A DNA stretch of 64,000 nt from Macrostomum lignano (lineage: Eukaryota), in NCBI GenBank assembly GCA_002269645.1, contig NIVC01001482.1:217006-281005 (forward strand). Reading direction: 5' to 3'. The first letter of the stretch is position 1. Each line of letters begins with the position of its first letter. A model generated the notes under the pieces. That model did no database searches and had not been told where the DNA came from. It saw only the letters and a list, made by a program, of their open reading frames with translations. Below are positions 22,001-34,075 of this stretch, in pieces. A program made the position numbers and the translations under genes.

Positions 22001-25000
22001 TCGGCCGCGCACTTGTCTCTTAGCTGCATCAGCTCGGACACCAGTTCGGCTTCTTTGCGCGGCTCCGGGCCGGACAGCAGGTCTTCGCGTTCCTGGCGTC
22101 GCTTCAACTCCAACTGTAGCGAGGCAATCTGGCGCAGGGCCACCTGGTACTTGTGCTCCAGGACGCTGCGCTGCTGCTGCTTCGGGTCCGCGGTGCCGTC
22201 CGTCTCGGCGCTGGCCGCCGCTGCCGCTGCTGCGGCTTCCGCCGCCGCCGCCTCGGCTTCGAGAGTCTCCAGACGGGGCCGCAGCTCGGCCAGCTCGCGC
22301 TGAAGCCGTTCGGCTAAGCCGGCAGATTCGGCCTCGCTCCGTCTGGCAGTTTCCAGCTCCGACTCGACGTGGCGAAGCCGCTCCGACCACTGCCGATCGG
22401 CGGATTGGCGCAGCTCGCTCAGCAGGTCGCCGCCGCTGACCGACTGCTGGGCCGACTCGTCCGCCTCTTCATCCGGTGACGCCGCCGAGCCTGGCGCTGC
22501 CGGCTCCACTACCGCTGCCGCGTCCGCGTGCCCGACCTCGTCGACTTCTTCAACATCGTCGGGTTCCTCGTAGCTTGGAGCGGCGCGCGCATGTTGGTCC
22601 TCGCTAGTTGCCGCCGCTGTTGCCTGAGCCTGCTGCTTGTGCTTTTGCTGCGGTTGCTGCTGCTGCTGCTGCTGCTTTGACGGGGCCGGCTTCTACAGAT
22701 TAATGGAGACATTTTATCATACTACTGCACTGATAAGTACTACTTTTTGCTTATCAGGAGTTTCACTGGATTTAAGCGTGGAACTAGGGGCTTATGAACT
22801 AGACAGTAGACACACACTATAAGTCAGTTCCATATTCTATAAAAATATTCATAATTCCAATAATAAATATCCTGACAGATGGTGGCAAGTGGCATTAATG
22901 GAGTGCGCTACACAGATGCTTGATAATACAGCCTATTTTTACTCCAAATAATCATTTAATTGCTGGCATATTGATTCGGTCTGCATTCGCGATATCTGAT
23001 GGGAGGAAAGGCCGAGATAGTACTAAATATATGTTAATTTGCGGCACTTGCTAAGTTGCTAATCTGTAACTGTAACTATGGATGGATGGATGGATGGATG
23101 GATGGATGGATGGATGGATGGATGGGTGGGTGGATGGATGGATGGGTGGATGGATGGATGGGTGGGTGGATGGGTGGATGGATGGATGGGTGGATGGATG
23201 GATGGATGGGTGGATGGATGGATGGGTGAATGGATGGATCGATAGATGGATGGGTGGATGGGTGGATGGATGGATGGATGGGTGGGTGGATGGATGGATG
23301 GATGGGTGGGTGGATGGGTGGATGGATGGATGGGTGGATGGATGGATGGATGGGTGGATGAATGGATGGGTGAATGGATGGATGAATGGATGGATGGGTG
23401 GATGGGTGAATGGATGAATGGATGGATGGATGGATGGGTGGATGGATGGATGGATGGATGGGTGGATGGATGGATGGGTGGATGGATGGATGGGTGGATG
23501 GGTGGATGGATGGATGGGTGGATGGGTGAATGGATGAATGGATGGATGGATGGATGGGTGGATGGATGGATGGGTGGATGGATGGGTGGATGGATGGATG
23601 GGTGGATGGATGGATGGATGGATGGATGGATGGATGGATGGATGGGTGGATAGATGGATGGATGGATGGGTGGATGGATGGATGGATGGGTGGATGGATG
23701 GGTGAATGGATCGATGGATGGGTGGATGGATGGATGGATGGATGGATGGATGGATGGATGGATGGATGGGTGGATAGATGGATGGGTGGATGGGTGGATA
23801 GATGGATGGATGGATGGGTGGATAGATGGATGGATGGATGGGTGGATAGATGGATGGATGGATGGGTGGATAGATGGATGGATGGATGGGTGGATAGATG
23901 GATGGATGGATGGGTGGATAGATGGATGGGTGGATGGGTGGATGGATGGATGGATGGATGGATGGATGGATGGATGGATGGATGGATGGATGGATGGGTG
24001 GATAGATGGATGGATGGATGGATGGATGGATGGATGGATGGATGGATGGATGGATGGATGGATGGATGGATGGGTGGATGGATCGATGGATGGGTGGATG
24101 GATGGATGGGTGGATGGGTGGATGGGTGGATGGATGGATGGGTGGATGGGTGGATGGGTGGATGGATCGATGGATGGGTGGATGGATGGATGGATGGGTG
24201 GATGGGTGGATGGGTGGATGGATGGATGGGTGGATGGATGGATGGATAGATGGATGGATGGGTGGATGGGTAGATGACTAGATGGATGGATGGATGGATG
24301 GGTGGATGGGTAGATGACTAGATGGATGGATGGATGGATGGATGGGTGGATGGGTAGATGACTAGATGGATGGATGGATGGGTGGATGGATGGATGGGTG
24401 GATGGGTGGGTGGATGGATGGGTGGATGGATGGATGGATGGATGGGTGGATGGATGGATGGATGGATGGGTGGATGGATGCAGTAGAAATGCATCAGCCA
24501 GACTTGTGAACAGTCAAGTCTCAAAGAATTAAACACAAGAATCAGCCAGTTAATTAATTACACAAGCCGCTAAACTTATCCATCAGTAATCAAAATTAAT
24601 TAACGAATTCGCCACAGTTTTGAATAACAAGCAGCCGCAGGTGAATCCAACCCACCTGTTTAGCCCCGGTCGCGGCGGCAACAACTGCAGTGGCCGAATT
24701 GAAAGACGATTCCAGATTCCGCGACAAGTTGCTCAGCTGCATCAGGCTGTCGGTGTTCAGCCGGGTGTCTAGCTCCCTCCGCAGAGAGTGCTTGGCCTCC
24801 CGTTCCATCTGCAGAGACTCCAGCGCCTCAGCTAGATTTCGCTCGGAGATGGAGCGCAGTTTTCCAGCCTCCTCTAGCTGGCTGGCTAGAATCTCAGTCT
24901 CCTCAGCTAGGCGCTTGCAGTCGTGCTGCATCAGGTGATAATCCACCAGCATTCGCTTGGCCTCCTGCAGCTGCTTCTGCAGTCCAATGTTGTCTTCTTC

Positions 25001-26785
25001 GAGCTCCGAGTAGTCAGCCTGACAGCGAGTCTCTCTAGCTTTGGTCTCTTTCAACTCGTCGCGCAGCAGTTTCTTATCGGCTTCGAGGCGTCGGATTGAC
25101 TCGGTTAGGCTGGCCGCCTCCTCGGTGAGCCGGTCCGCGTCTGCCTGCTTTCGTTCCAGCTGGATTGTGCGCGACTTCAGCTCCGACTCCAGCTCGCTGA
25201 TGGCCGCCTGAAGGCCCTGCTCGCGGCTGGCTGACTCGCTGATCAGAGTGTCCTCGTCTGCTTGGCCTTCTTGGGCCTGCCGCTTCTGGTGCAGCTTGCG
25301 CTGTTGCAGAGCCTTGGAATCGGGTAGATTGAAGAGTTTGTAGTCAGTTATTGAAGATAGAATTGGATCCTGATCTCAAAGTCCAAAAAATCCTATAGAT
25401 TTGGGCTTTTTGTATCATAGTGTGTGTCATGACACATCAACTTTCATTATGGCATCTTAAATTTTCATTTTTTATAGTTTCTATTTTGGATTTTGGATTT
25501 ATCAATAATTTTATAACTATTGAGATTTGTGGGATTTTAATAATTTTTTATGTTATCAAATTGTATCATCTATAAAAATGAAATCTATAGACTTCTGCAA
25601 CTTCTATAAGTCAGGCTTAGTAATAAAATTGGCAAAGTATTGTTTAATTGTTTGATTAATTCCAACTAGTATCCTAGTTTTCAGTTTGACATCTTAAATT
25701 TAGATCTAGGATATCAAAGTCTATCCAAATAGTACTATGATTCTATTGCTTAAAATAGCTAGTCTATAAATATTATATTAGACTAGTCACACTAATACTG
25801 GTAAAAAATACTAGTTAATTACTTCTTAATCTAAAGACTAAATATAAATAGTATAGAATTGATAAAAAAGTTGATGAATCTTTATATTTTAAATTAGATT
25901 TATTCTATTTCTATTTAGCTTGAAAAAAATTAAAAAGCTACTAAGATTACTAACAACTGATATTAATAAACTAAAGTAATGTCATTTCAAATTTATTCTT
26001 CTAGATCTTTAAACTAGATAGCCAGTTTTTTTATGTTTTTATTTTATAAATAAAATCATATATAATCATAATAGATCATATATTAAAATATTTAATTTAA
26101 AGATGCTCAACTAATTTCATATGACTTCATATTTAATTTATTATTTAAAATCTAAATAAAATTTTATTCTAATGGCTAAACTAAACCTAATATTAATAAG
26201 TATTATTGTATACTAGTATTAATGTATATAAGACAATATAAAAAAATCTATTAGTTATTATATCTTATAAATATATATATATATTGTACCTAAAACTCAT
26301 ATAATGAAGCCAGAAGCCTTGAAACTAGATAGACTCTAGATATACTAGAACTAAGGATTTAATATAAATCCTAATAATCCTAATAATAACATTAATTATT
26401 ATCATTGATTGAGTTTTGACCTTGTCCTTGTCTTTGGCTTAATGACATTGTTTACAATGATTAGGACTACGACTATTAGCATAAGCCACATAGCTGATTT
26501 AAAAAAACAAGAAATGGTGGAATATAAAAAAGTATAGGCATATCGAATACAGGTAAAAAATTAACATACCTCCCTTGCCAGCTCTAGCTCTTGTTTTAAA
26601 ATATCAGCATGATTTTCTGTCTCTGCTAAGGACTGTTTGAGGCGTCCAATTTCTTCTAAAAGTGCGAGGCCATGTTGAGCAGCCTGTATTTTTTCATTCA
26701 CTGCACTATCGAGTTCATTCTGTAACCTTGTATTTTCTTCCTTTGTCGATGCCAGTTCACACCTCAAATCATCTTCAACTGTCAT
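19045..26785 (-). CDS. BicD: Bicaudal-D dynein cargo adaptor; exons 26785-26570, 25312-24656, 22692-21802, 20927-19950 (or 20927-20236), 19239-19045 (or 19239-19014); about 978 aa (or 893 aa)
   Basis: CC1 box [15 protein letters not shown]; [12 protein letters not shown]; [14 protein letters not shown]; [20 protein letters not shown]; GDLLSEL; CC3 [34 protein letters not shown]...[22 protein letters not shown]...[24 protein letters not shown], near-identical to the BICD family C-terminal domain. GT-AG junctions in phase 0. The last junction is ambiguous. Confidence 0.93.
19338..19905. repeat. 30-bp tandem minisatellite (GATGCTTCAGGATTGGCTACTCCCTAACCA)n in the last BicD intron
   Basis: Direct reading; explains the [13 protein letters not shown]. 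Confidence 0.96.
21046..21786. repeat. 42-bp tandem minisatellite filling most of BicD intron 3
   Basis: Unit GATAATCATCATTCCAGTCGGAGAAATCACTAATAGAACCTA, about 17.5 copies. Confidence 0.96.
23080..24481. repeat. (GGAT/GGGT)n microsatellite in BicD intron 2
   Basis: Direct reading. Confidence 0.98.
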
Positions 26786-27409
26786 GCTGACTGTCGCGTC
26801 GGTTCAAAATATGATGCAAGACTATCAAGACTGAAATGATATTTATTTGTTATTTGTCAAATAAATATTAAAAATCTATGCTCAAAAATTCAACTACAGC
26901 AGTAAAAACACTATAAAAATCTAACTGAAAGGTAAAACGCCAGCCAGCTAACCCAACTTGTTTGTTTGCAGAAGACCTGAATAAAAACTTTAGATTGTTC
27001 AGTGATTTTCTATGTTAAATTTTTGTGATGAACCATTAGATTACTTAAACAAAATTATAAGCAGACTTAAAGCCAAATTAAAAAATCTATAACTTAGATT
27101 TTACTTTACAATATTTATTTCGATTTAAGTTACCTTTGAGAAACCTATAACGCTTTAAACTTTTATCTTTTAAAGTTGAACTCTAAGAATGCACAAGTTT
27201 CGCATGCATTATACTGATGCTTGGCTTTTCTGAGTCTTGGAAGCTAAGGCTACCAGCTGATATAATAGTTCATGTTGTTCTCAATTCCATTCCACTAAAT
27301 TTTTTGTCTAATGTGCCTAAGCCTACGCATGACTGCCCTTCTGGGTCCGCTTCGCTGCCCCCCTCCCAAGCGAAACGCGCGCCCAGGAGTCCCTGATGAC
27401 TGCGGGCTA

Positions 27410-27720
27410 TAGGGAGAGAGGATAGGGAATAGAGAAGAGAAATACGAGCGTAGGAGAAAGGAGAGTTGAAGGAATAAAGGAGAAGAGAGTAGACGAGAAG
27501 AGAGATAAAATAGGAGAGTAGAGAAGGGAAGGGAGAAGAGTATGGAGAGGAAACGGGAGATGAGAGGAGAGGAGAGAGGTGAGGAGAGGATAGGGGAGGA
27601 GAAGATAGGAAAGGAGAGGAGAGAGAGGAGAGGAGAGGAGAGGAGAGGAGAGGAGAGGAGAGGAGACGACAGTAGAATATGAGAAGAGAGAGGTGAGGGA
27701 AGAGAGCTGAGAAGAGACAC
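27410..27720. repeat. GA-rich low-complexity tract including (GAGAG)n
   Basis: Direct reading. Confidence 0.85.
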
Positions 27721-27781
27721 AAACATCGAGCGGGCTATTGTGAAGATTCAAAGGACCTAAGGGCCGGATAGAGAGGCTTTG

Positions 27782-27823
27782 CGGGCCACATTTGGCCCTC
27801 AGGCCGGAGTTTGCCAACCCCTG
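27782..27823 (-). mobile_element. Solo terminus resembling hAT-Charlie (MER58/MER20-type) non-autonomous elements
   Basis: Minus strand CAGGGGTTGGCAAACTCCGGCCTGAGGGCCAAATGTGGCCCG matches the typical CAGGGG..GGCAAAC..GGCCCGCGGGCCAAAT..GGCCCG terminal pattern; the partner end was not found. Confidence 0.55.
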
Positions 27824-28458
27824 TTTTACTCGTAGTATTCAGCCCTTTTAGCGCTCGTACTTTGGCGTCTCTGGTCGAAATTGCGAGTCCGCCGCAATCC
27901 CAAGACTAAAACCGCTGCTGGCGCTGCAACTAAAAGCACTAAAATGCCGTCAGATAACAGAATAAAGAGACAGCGCCAAGAGAAACTGAAGGAGGCAGCC
28001 AAGAGATCCAGAAAATTACTGGTCTTGCCCTGGCAATTTTCGTTCATTTGAGATATTTACTAAATTAATTGATAGTGCAGTGCAGTTGCGCAATGTTTGA
28101 ATTAGTTCAAAAGTCGAACATTTTTCAGACTTTTGGCCACTTCCAACACAGAATTGAATAATGGCCTGGTTGTCACGATTAATCGTCACAAACTGACATA
28201 ACAGCAGGAGTTAGGGTGCCCTTAGAAAAAAAAAATCATGTGCAATGTGCCCTCCCACCAATAGCCCCCCCCCCACTTTGAAATATGTTCCGACACCGCT
28301 GTACATAACGTAAGTACTTAATTTGAATATGCATCTTCGTCAAAATCAATAAATGCATAAAAACAGAATGCCGAACAAATAACAAATATCTCATTCGACA
28401 GTAAGTACTGGCCCCGTCGAGCTCCTCCTCGCTCGAAGCATACAAAGGTACATGTAAC

Positions 28459-28505
28459 CAAGGACCACTAGAAGTTACCGTAACGGTAACTTCTAGTGGT
28501 CCTTG
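28459..28505. mobile_element. 47-bp perfect palindromic micro-MITE with 8-bp target-site duplication
   Basis: Arms CAAGGACCACTAGAAGTTACCGT (28459-28481) and its exact reverse complement (28483-28505) with a 1-nt spacer; CATGTAAC on both sides (28451-28458, 28506-28513). Confidence 0.8.
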
Positions 28506-28740
28506 CATGTAACATGTTCGTACAAATTGTACATGTATAGTGCATGCATGTATATCTGCTGTACATGCAGGAACATCGGCGCAAAGGGGGAAGGGACAAC
28601 ATCCCCCCAGCAGAAATTATTGAGAAAGCTAATTTTTCGAGAGGCTGTGTTTTCTAGCACCCCAGCCTCATCTTCTACATACATGTACGTTTCCTGTTTT
28701 CATCGTAACCAAATGCACACCTAAAAATTGTTGACGGAGG

Positions 28741-29786
28741 AGTACTCGTCCCGTTGGAAAAGTTATGCACCTGTGTAGGCATAAAAAGTGAGCGAGGTGC
28801 ACAAAAGAGGCACTTTAGTGGCCTATTTTGTGTGTGCTTTGGAAATGCACCTGAGTGCACCTTTTATGCCTAAATGTCACCAATATTTTTGAAAAGAGGC
28901 ATGAAAGGTGTACAATCGGTGAAGTGGTCAGGCAGTAGGTGAATTCTCAATTTTGATTGGTTGCGGCGGTAGGGGCAGTAAAGGGGCACTGGAGGTGCGC
29001 AAAAGGTGAACAGCAGGCTCACAAGTGAGGCACAGCAGGTGCAGGAAAGGTGCTGAAGGGGCGCAGAAAGTGCACAAAAGGTGAATTAGAGGTGCAAAAG
29101 GTGTACATGTGCAGCGTAAATATGTATACAGGTGCATTTCCAAAACACGCTCGAAATAGACCCCTAAAGTGCCTCTTTTGTGCACCTCGCTCACCTTCCG
29201 CATTAAGAATTCGTAACAAAAATTAACTGAGAGTTACATACTCGTACATTGCACGCACACATTAAACATAGAAAAGCTTTATTTACACCTATACTAATCG
29301 CTGCTATCCCCTTCCTGATCCTGACAAACCACGAAAGCAAACATTTCCTATACTGATAAGTTTTAATGACTTTCAAATACTCAGGAAACGCTCCGAAAAG
29401 TGATGAAAAGTTTTGCATTAGTGAGGAAAAGTTTTGATTCTGTTCAAAGAATAGTAAGGAAAAGTAGCAAAGAACTTTCACAAGTTGGAACGCCCCTTGC
29501 ATTGCTTCTACGCCTAAAGTGCCCACTGTGCACCTTTTATTCACCTTTCGTGCCTCCAATGCACACTATGCACCTTTAATGCACCCAACTCTCCTATGAC
29601 ACCTGTGCCCCTACCGCCTATTTCGTGCCTTAAATTTACCTCCTGACCCTGCAGAGGCACTCAGGTGAACACGCGGTGCACAAGTGGCACAAAATAAGCA
29701 TAAAAGAGGCGAAAGTGAGGCAGAAGGTGCAAAACTCTTCACCTTTCATGCCTACTTTAAAAACTCAAAATCCAGCGGGCGTACTT
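28741..29786. mobile_element. Putative non-autonomous DNA transposon (EnSpm/CACTA-like organisation) with many GGTGCA/TGCACC subterminal motifs
   Basis: Short terminal IR CCCGTTGGA (28750-28758) / TCCAGCGGG (29771-29779); internal 66-bp inverted repeat 28788-28853 vs 29129-29194; AAGAGGCATGAAAGGTG vs CACCTTTCATGCCTACTT. Confidence 0.45.
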
Positions 29787-30470
29787 GAAAGAAGTTATTT
29801 AGACAGGTATAAAGTAAAAGAGAGCTAAATTTGGAATTTTCAGGACGTAGAATCTCGCATATGGCGCCAACAAAACTTTTCATTTATAAATCTTTTTTGT
29901 CATTTGCCAACCCAATAATTACATGTAAGGGATTCCCCTGTACTCGCATACCCCCACCCTGATCAGTTCCGACCCAACGACTACCGAGAACATTTTACCG
30001 GTTACAACAGCAGAAGCATTTCGACCTTTTTGTAGCCGAATCGTATTGCCAATAGACGTTGTAGCCCTAGGACGTAACCGCTGAGGCTGACCGGCGAGGC
30101 GCGATGTGGTGGAAGGTGCGTACTCGGCGTTTTTCGACTGGCCGCGGATAGTGACCCGATGCGGCCGGATTCTATTAGTAGGGCAGCCTATAGTTGCGGC
30201 CTGCCATGCCATGCAGAGCTGGAGTCGCCGACGGCGCAACAGGTCGGTTGAACAGCTGGTCATGTCGAAGCGGTGAAAAAGTGCCGCACTGGTGACTTAC
30301 TCGTTGTCACAGCTGTGTAGCAACTTTTATATACATATATATCGGAAATCGGTGCGTTGAACACAAATTAAAACACCTGTAGGGTCTTCTTGAAATCTAA
30401 GAAGCTAACAGTCAGGAACGCTGGGGCATGTCCATTGATCCTAATGAGGCCTCATCGATGACTCGAAACA

Positions 30471-31503
30471 GCGTCGCCATGGATTTTATGGTGGGGGGGG
30501 GGGGGACAAAACCAAGAATTCTACACAGAATGCACATAACTAAATTCCTACATGTACATTATTTTCACTCATTCACTCATTGCACTCATTATTTTCAGAA
30601 ATCAGTGTTGTCAGCACGATCATTTTTGCACCACAGACATTCATTTTGGCGCTGCAGGCACTCATTTTGGCACTGCAGGCACTCATTTTAGGGCCGCATG
30701 CACTCATTTTAGCGCCGCATGCACTCATTTTAGGGCCGCATGCACTCATTTTAGCGCCGCATGCACTCATTTTAGCGCCGCATGCACTCATTTTAGCGCC
30801 GCATGCACTCATTTTAGCGCCGCAAGCACTCATTTTAGCGCCGCAAGCACTCATTTTAGCGCCGCATGCACTCATTTTAGCGCCGCATGCACTCATTTTA
30901 GCGCCGCATGCACTCATTTTGGCGCCGCAGACACTCATTTTGGCGCCGCAGACACTCATTTTGGCGCTGCAGGCACTCATTTTGGCACTGCAGGCACTCA
31001 TTTTAGCGCCGCAGGCACTCATTTTGGCACTGCAGGCACTCATTTTAGCGCCGCATGCACTCATTTTAGCGCCGCATGCACTCATTTTAGGGCCGCATGC
31101 ACTCATTTTAGCGCCGCATGCACTCATTTTAGCGCCGCATGTACTCATTTTAGCGCCGCATGCACTCATTTTAGCGCCGCATGCACTCATTTTAGCGCTG
31201 CAGGCACTCATTCTAGCGCCACAGGCAATCATTTTACCACCGCATGCTCTCACTTTAGCGCCGCAAGCACTCATTTTTTGGCGCTGCAGGCACTCATTTT
31301 GGTGCCGCAAGCACTCATTTTTTGACGTCGCAGGCACTCATTTTGGCGCTGCAGGCGCTATGTTTGGTCGCCCTTCAGCAAAATTATTGATTTCCATATC
31401 GGGTCACAAGGTGGGGTGGGGGACACAGAGCATTGGCATGTCTTCCATATCTTTTACTGGGGGACATGTCCCGCCAGTCCCCCCCCCGGTAGCGACGCCC
31501 CTA
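30471..31503. mobile_element. MITE-like element carrying an internal 21-bp minisatellite
   Basis: Left end GCGTCGCCATGG...GGGGGGGAC and right end GTCCCCCCCCGGTAGCGACGCCCC are imperfect inverted termini; no clean TSD seen. Confidence 0.45.
30610..31370. repeat. 21-bp tandem minisatellite (GCACTCATTTTAGCGCCGCAT)n
   Basis: About 35 units; explains the HALILAP / MSACGAK ORFs. Confidence 0.95.
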
Positions 31504-32984
31504 ACTCTAAAAAGAATTATACAAGTTGGGTGTCGCCCTACCAGAATGCGCGCATTCCATCATCAGCCTGCATTGCGACCTCTCCCTACGATCGATGTGA
31601 GATATGTATTACTTTTCAGTAGTACTAAACGTATTCTACACTAGACTTATCTATTGTAACTCAGTGTTTGTTGACAGAAGCTTGCCGAGGTATAAGGAAT
31701 TAGGAAATTCGCACATTTGCCATCACCTGTTGCATGGCTCAGGTGAACTACACCGTGCTTGCTTACGTAACGAGGCGGCGTGATTAACAAAACCTATTTA
31801 CAAACTGATGGCTTGTTCGTCTAACCATTAGCGCGTATTGGTTGCATGACCTTTATAACATGCAAAATTGCAAGGCCAATACAACAATATTTAATAGAAT
31901 TGACAAGGTGTGAATAACAAACACACGGATTTTCGATTAATCAACACAGCTTCCATATCAGACTGAGTCCATTGTAGCCTTTAAAATTTCCCGACTCAAG
32001 CTCGATCCGCGCAAATGTGCTAATTAGCATTGAAAGGTCAAGCTTTCGATTCACAATGGTATTTAGTAAGGATCTGAGATTATTGCCAAGCCAAACCTGC
32101 AGGGGTTGCAATTTACTAAAACCTACAGCTCTATGTTATAGAAAAATTCTATATCAGCTGGTAGGTAAAAATAAAAACCTCAACAGACTGATAGTCATCT
32201 TTACTCAACCTGCATCAACAGACAATAAGTAAGGCAGTAGGCGAAGCAACAAAAGCTTTGTATAAAATGTATAGATGCACACAGGTGCTTCGCCTTGGGT
32301 GGGCCTGTGGCCTCTTCCAGCCTCTATATAAGTCCACAGACGGTCGTCTGTCTACCAAGTCTTCTAGCCTAAAGCTAGTAATAGGCTTCAATGAGGGCTG
32401 ATACAGATCTAGCAGTGGCTTGCCTGCCTACTCTGGCTTCGTATTTGAGCAGAAGCATAGGGATTTGTTGCTACTTTGAGTAAAAGAAGCTCGCGCGGGG
32501 GGTTGTTGAGAATGTGCCCGTGTGACAAGCAGAGAGAATAGAGATCTTCGAAATTGTTAATGTCAAGAGTTGAGATTACGATCAAGTCTCGCATGCATAT
32601 AGAAGTCTTAATGGGTCTTCTTGTGTGTATCGCTCCATTTTTCTATTCTTTATCTTTATTCATATTGACTGAAGCATTGCTATAAAATGAAGGCTTATAA
32701 GTCCCCTATAGACTTGAGTTGGTCAGACCGGTTTGTTCTGTGCCGTCATCTGTCTATGAATGCGCTCTGACTGCTATCGGATTGAAAATTAACTGCGGAA
32801 TCGTCAGTATAATGTAGAGAATAGGAGAGATAGATTAGAGGAGAGTAGGCAGAAAAATGATGATGGATAGATGAGGAGGGGTGGATAGATAAAAAATGAA
32901 TCAATATGAGATAGATGGATAGATTTAAAACTGAATGGATGAAGAGGTAAATGGATCGATAAGGAAATGGACGGATAGATTTGG

Positions 32985-33500
32985 ATCTGGATGGATAGAT
33001 GTGGATCTGGATGGATATATTTGGAGCTGGATGGATAGATTTGGATCTGGATGGATAGATGTGGATCTGGATGGATATATTTGGAGCTGGATGGATAGAT
33101 GTGGAGCTGCATGGATAGATGTGGAGCTGGATGGATAGATGTGGAGCTGGATGGATAGATGTGGAGCTGAATGGATAGATGTGGAGCTGGATGGATAGAT
33201 GAGGAGATGGATGGATAGATGTGGAGCTGGATGGATAGATTTGGAGCTGGATGGATAGATGTGGAGCTGGATGGATAGATGTGGAGCTGAATGGATAGAT
33301 GTGGAGCTGGATGGATAGATGTGGAGCTGGATGGATAGATGTGGAGCTGGATGGATAGATGTGGAGCTGGATGGATAGATGAGGAGATGGATGGATAGAT
33401 GTGGAGCTGGATGGATAGATGTGGAGCTGGATGGATAGATGTGGATCTGGATGGATATATTTGGAGCTGGATGGATAGATTTGGAGCTGGATGGATAGAT
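32985..33500. repeat. 20-bp minisatellite (GATGTGGAGCTGGATGGATA)n
   Basis: Direct reading. Confidence 0.95.
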
Positions 33501-33721
33501 TTAAACATACAAATGTTTAAATTAGGACAAATAACATTTGCTTTATTAGCAGGTCGAAGTATTTTTAGCAGAAGGGGCCAAAGGGCACAGGGAAATCTGA
33601 TTCACCACAAAATATTTAACAAAATCTTGAAACGGACGTACCTCACGTTGAACGGACGATTTGATTCTTATTGCGAGAGAAAAATCCAATGCATATGGAA
33701 TTCAGTCATTTAGTCCAGAGG

Positions 33722-34075
33722 AGGCTGCCCGCTGAAATAATTTTTGGAAGACGACTTCCATAAATCTTCATAAATCGCCATAAATCGTCATCTACAGCGT
33801 CAGCCTCCCAATCGTTTGGAGTTGAGTCGGAAGATGAAGCGGTCAACCACATCCCGGTCACCAGGGAGGAGCCTGCCGCTGATGAGGATCAGCCTTCAGA
33901 CCTAGAAGAGACTATGTTCCCACGAAGAAGTAGCAGGAACCGGACCGCTCCTGATCACTTTGCACCCTAAATTATTTTCTGATCTGCAAATTTCACATCT
34001 GGTTTCAATGCGTTAAGAAAGGTTTCTAATAATTTTAATACTGCGACAATGACCTTCCTCCCGGAGGGGACATGC
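33722..34075 (+). mobile_element. Degraded Ty3/Gypsy-like pol 3' end (integrase C-terminus) with possible PPT
   Basis: One frame reads RLPAEIIFGRRLP*...EEPAADED...PRRSSRNRTAPDHFAP*, resembling the integrase P-A-E-x-x-F-G-R-x-L motif and the RRS-x-R-x-R-x-x-P tail; GGAGGGGA (34063-34070) precedes a TG. Confidence 0.4.

Noticed and set aside
29919-30263. GC-rich 114-aa minus-strand ORF and its plus-strand frames
   Set aside because: No recognisable domain and no consistent splice partners found.
30552-31644. 254-354 aa ORFs on both strands
   Set aside because: They derive from the 21-bp minisatellite.
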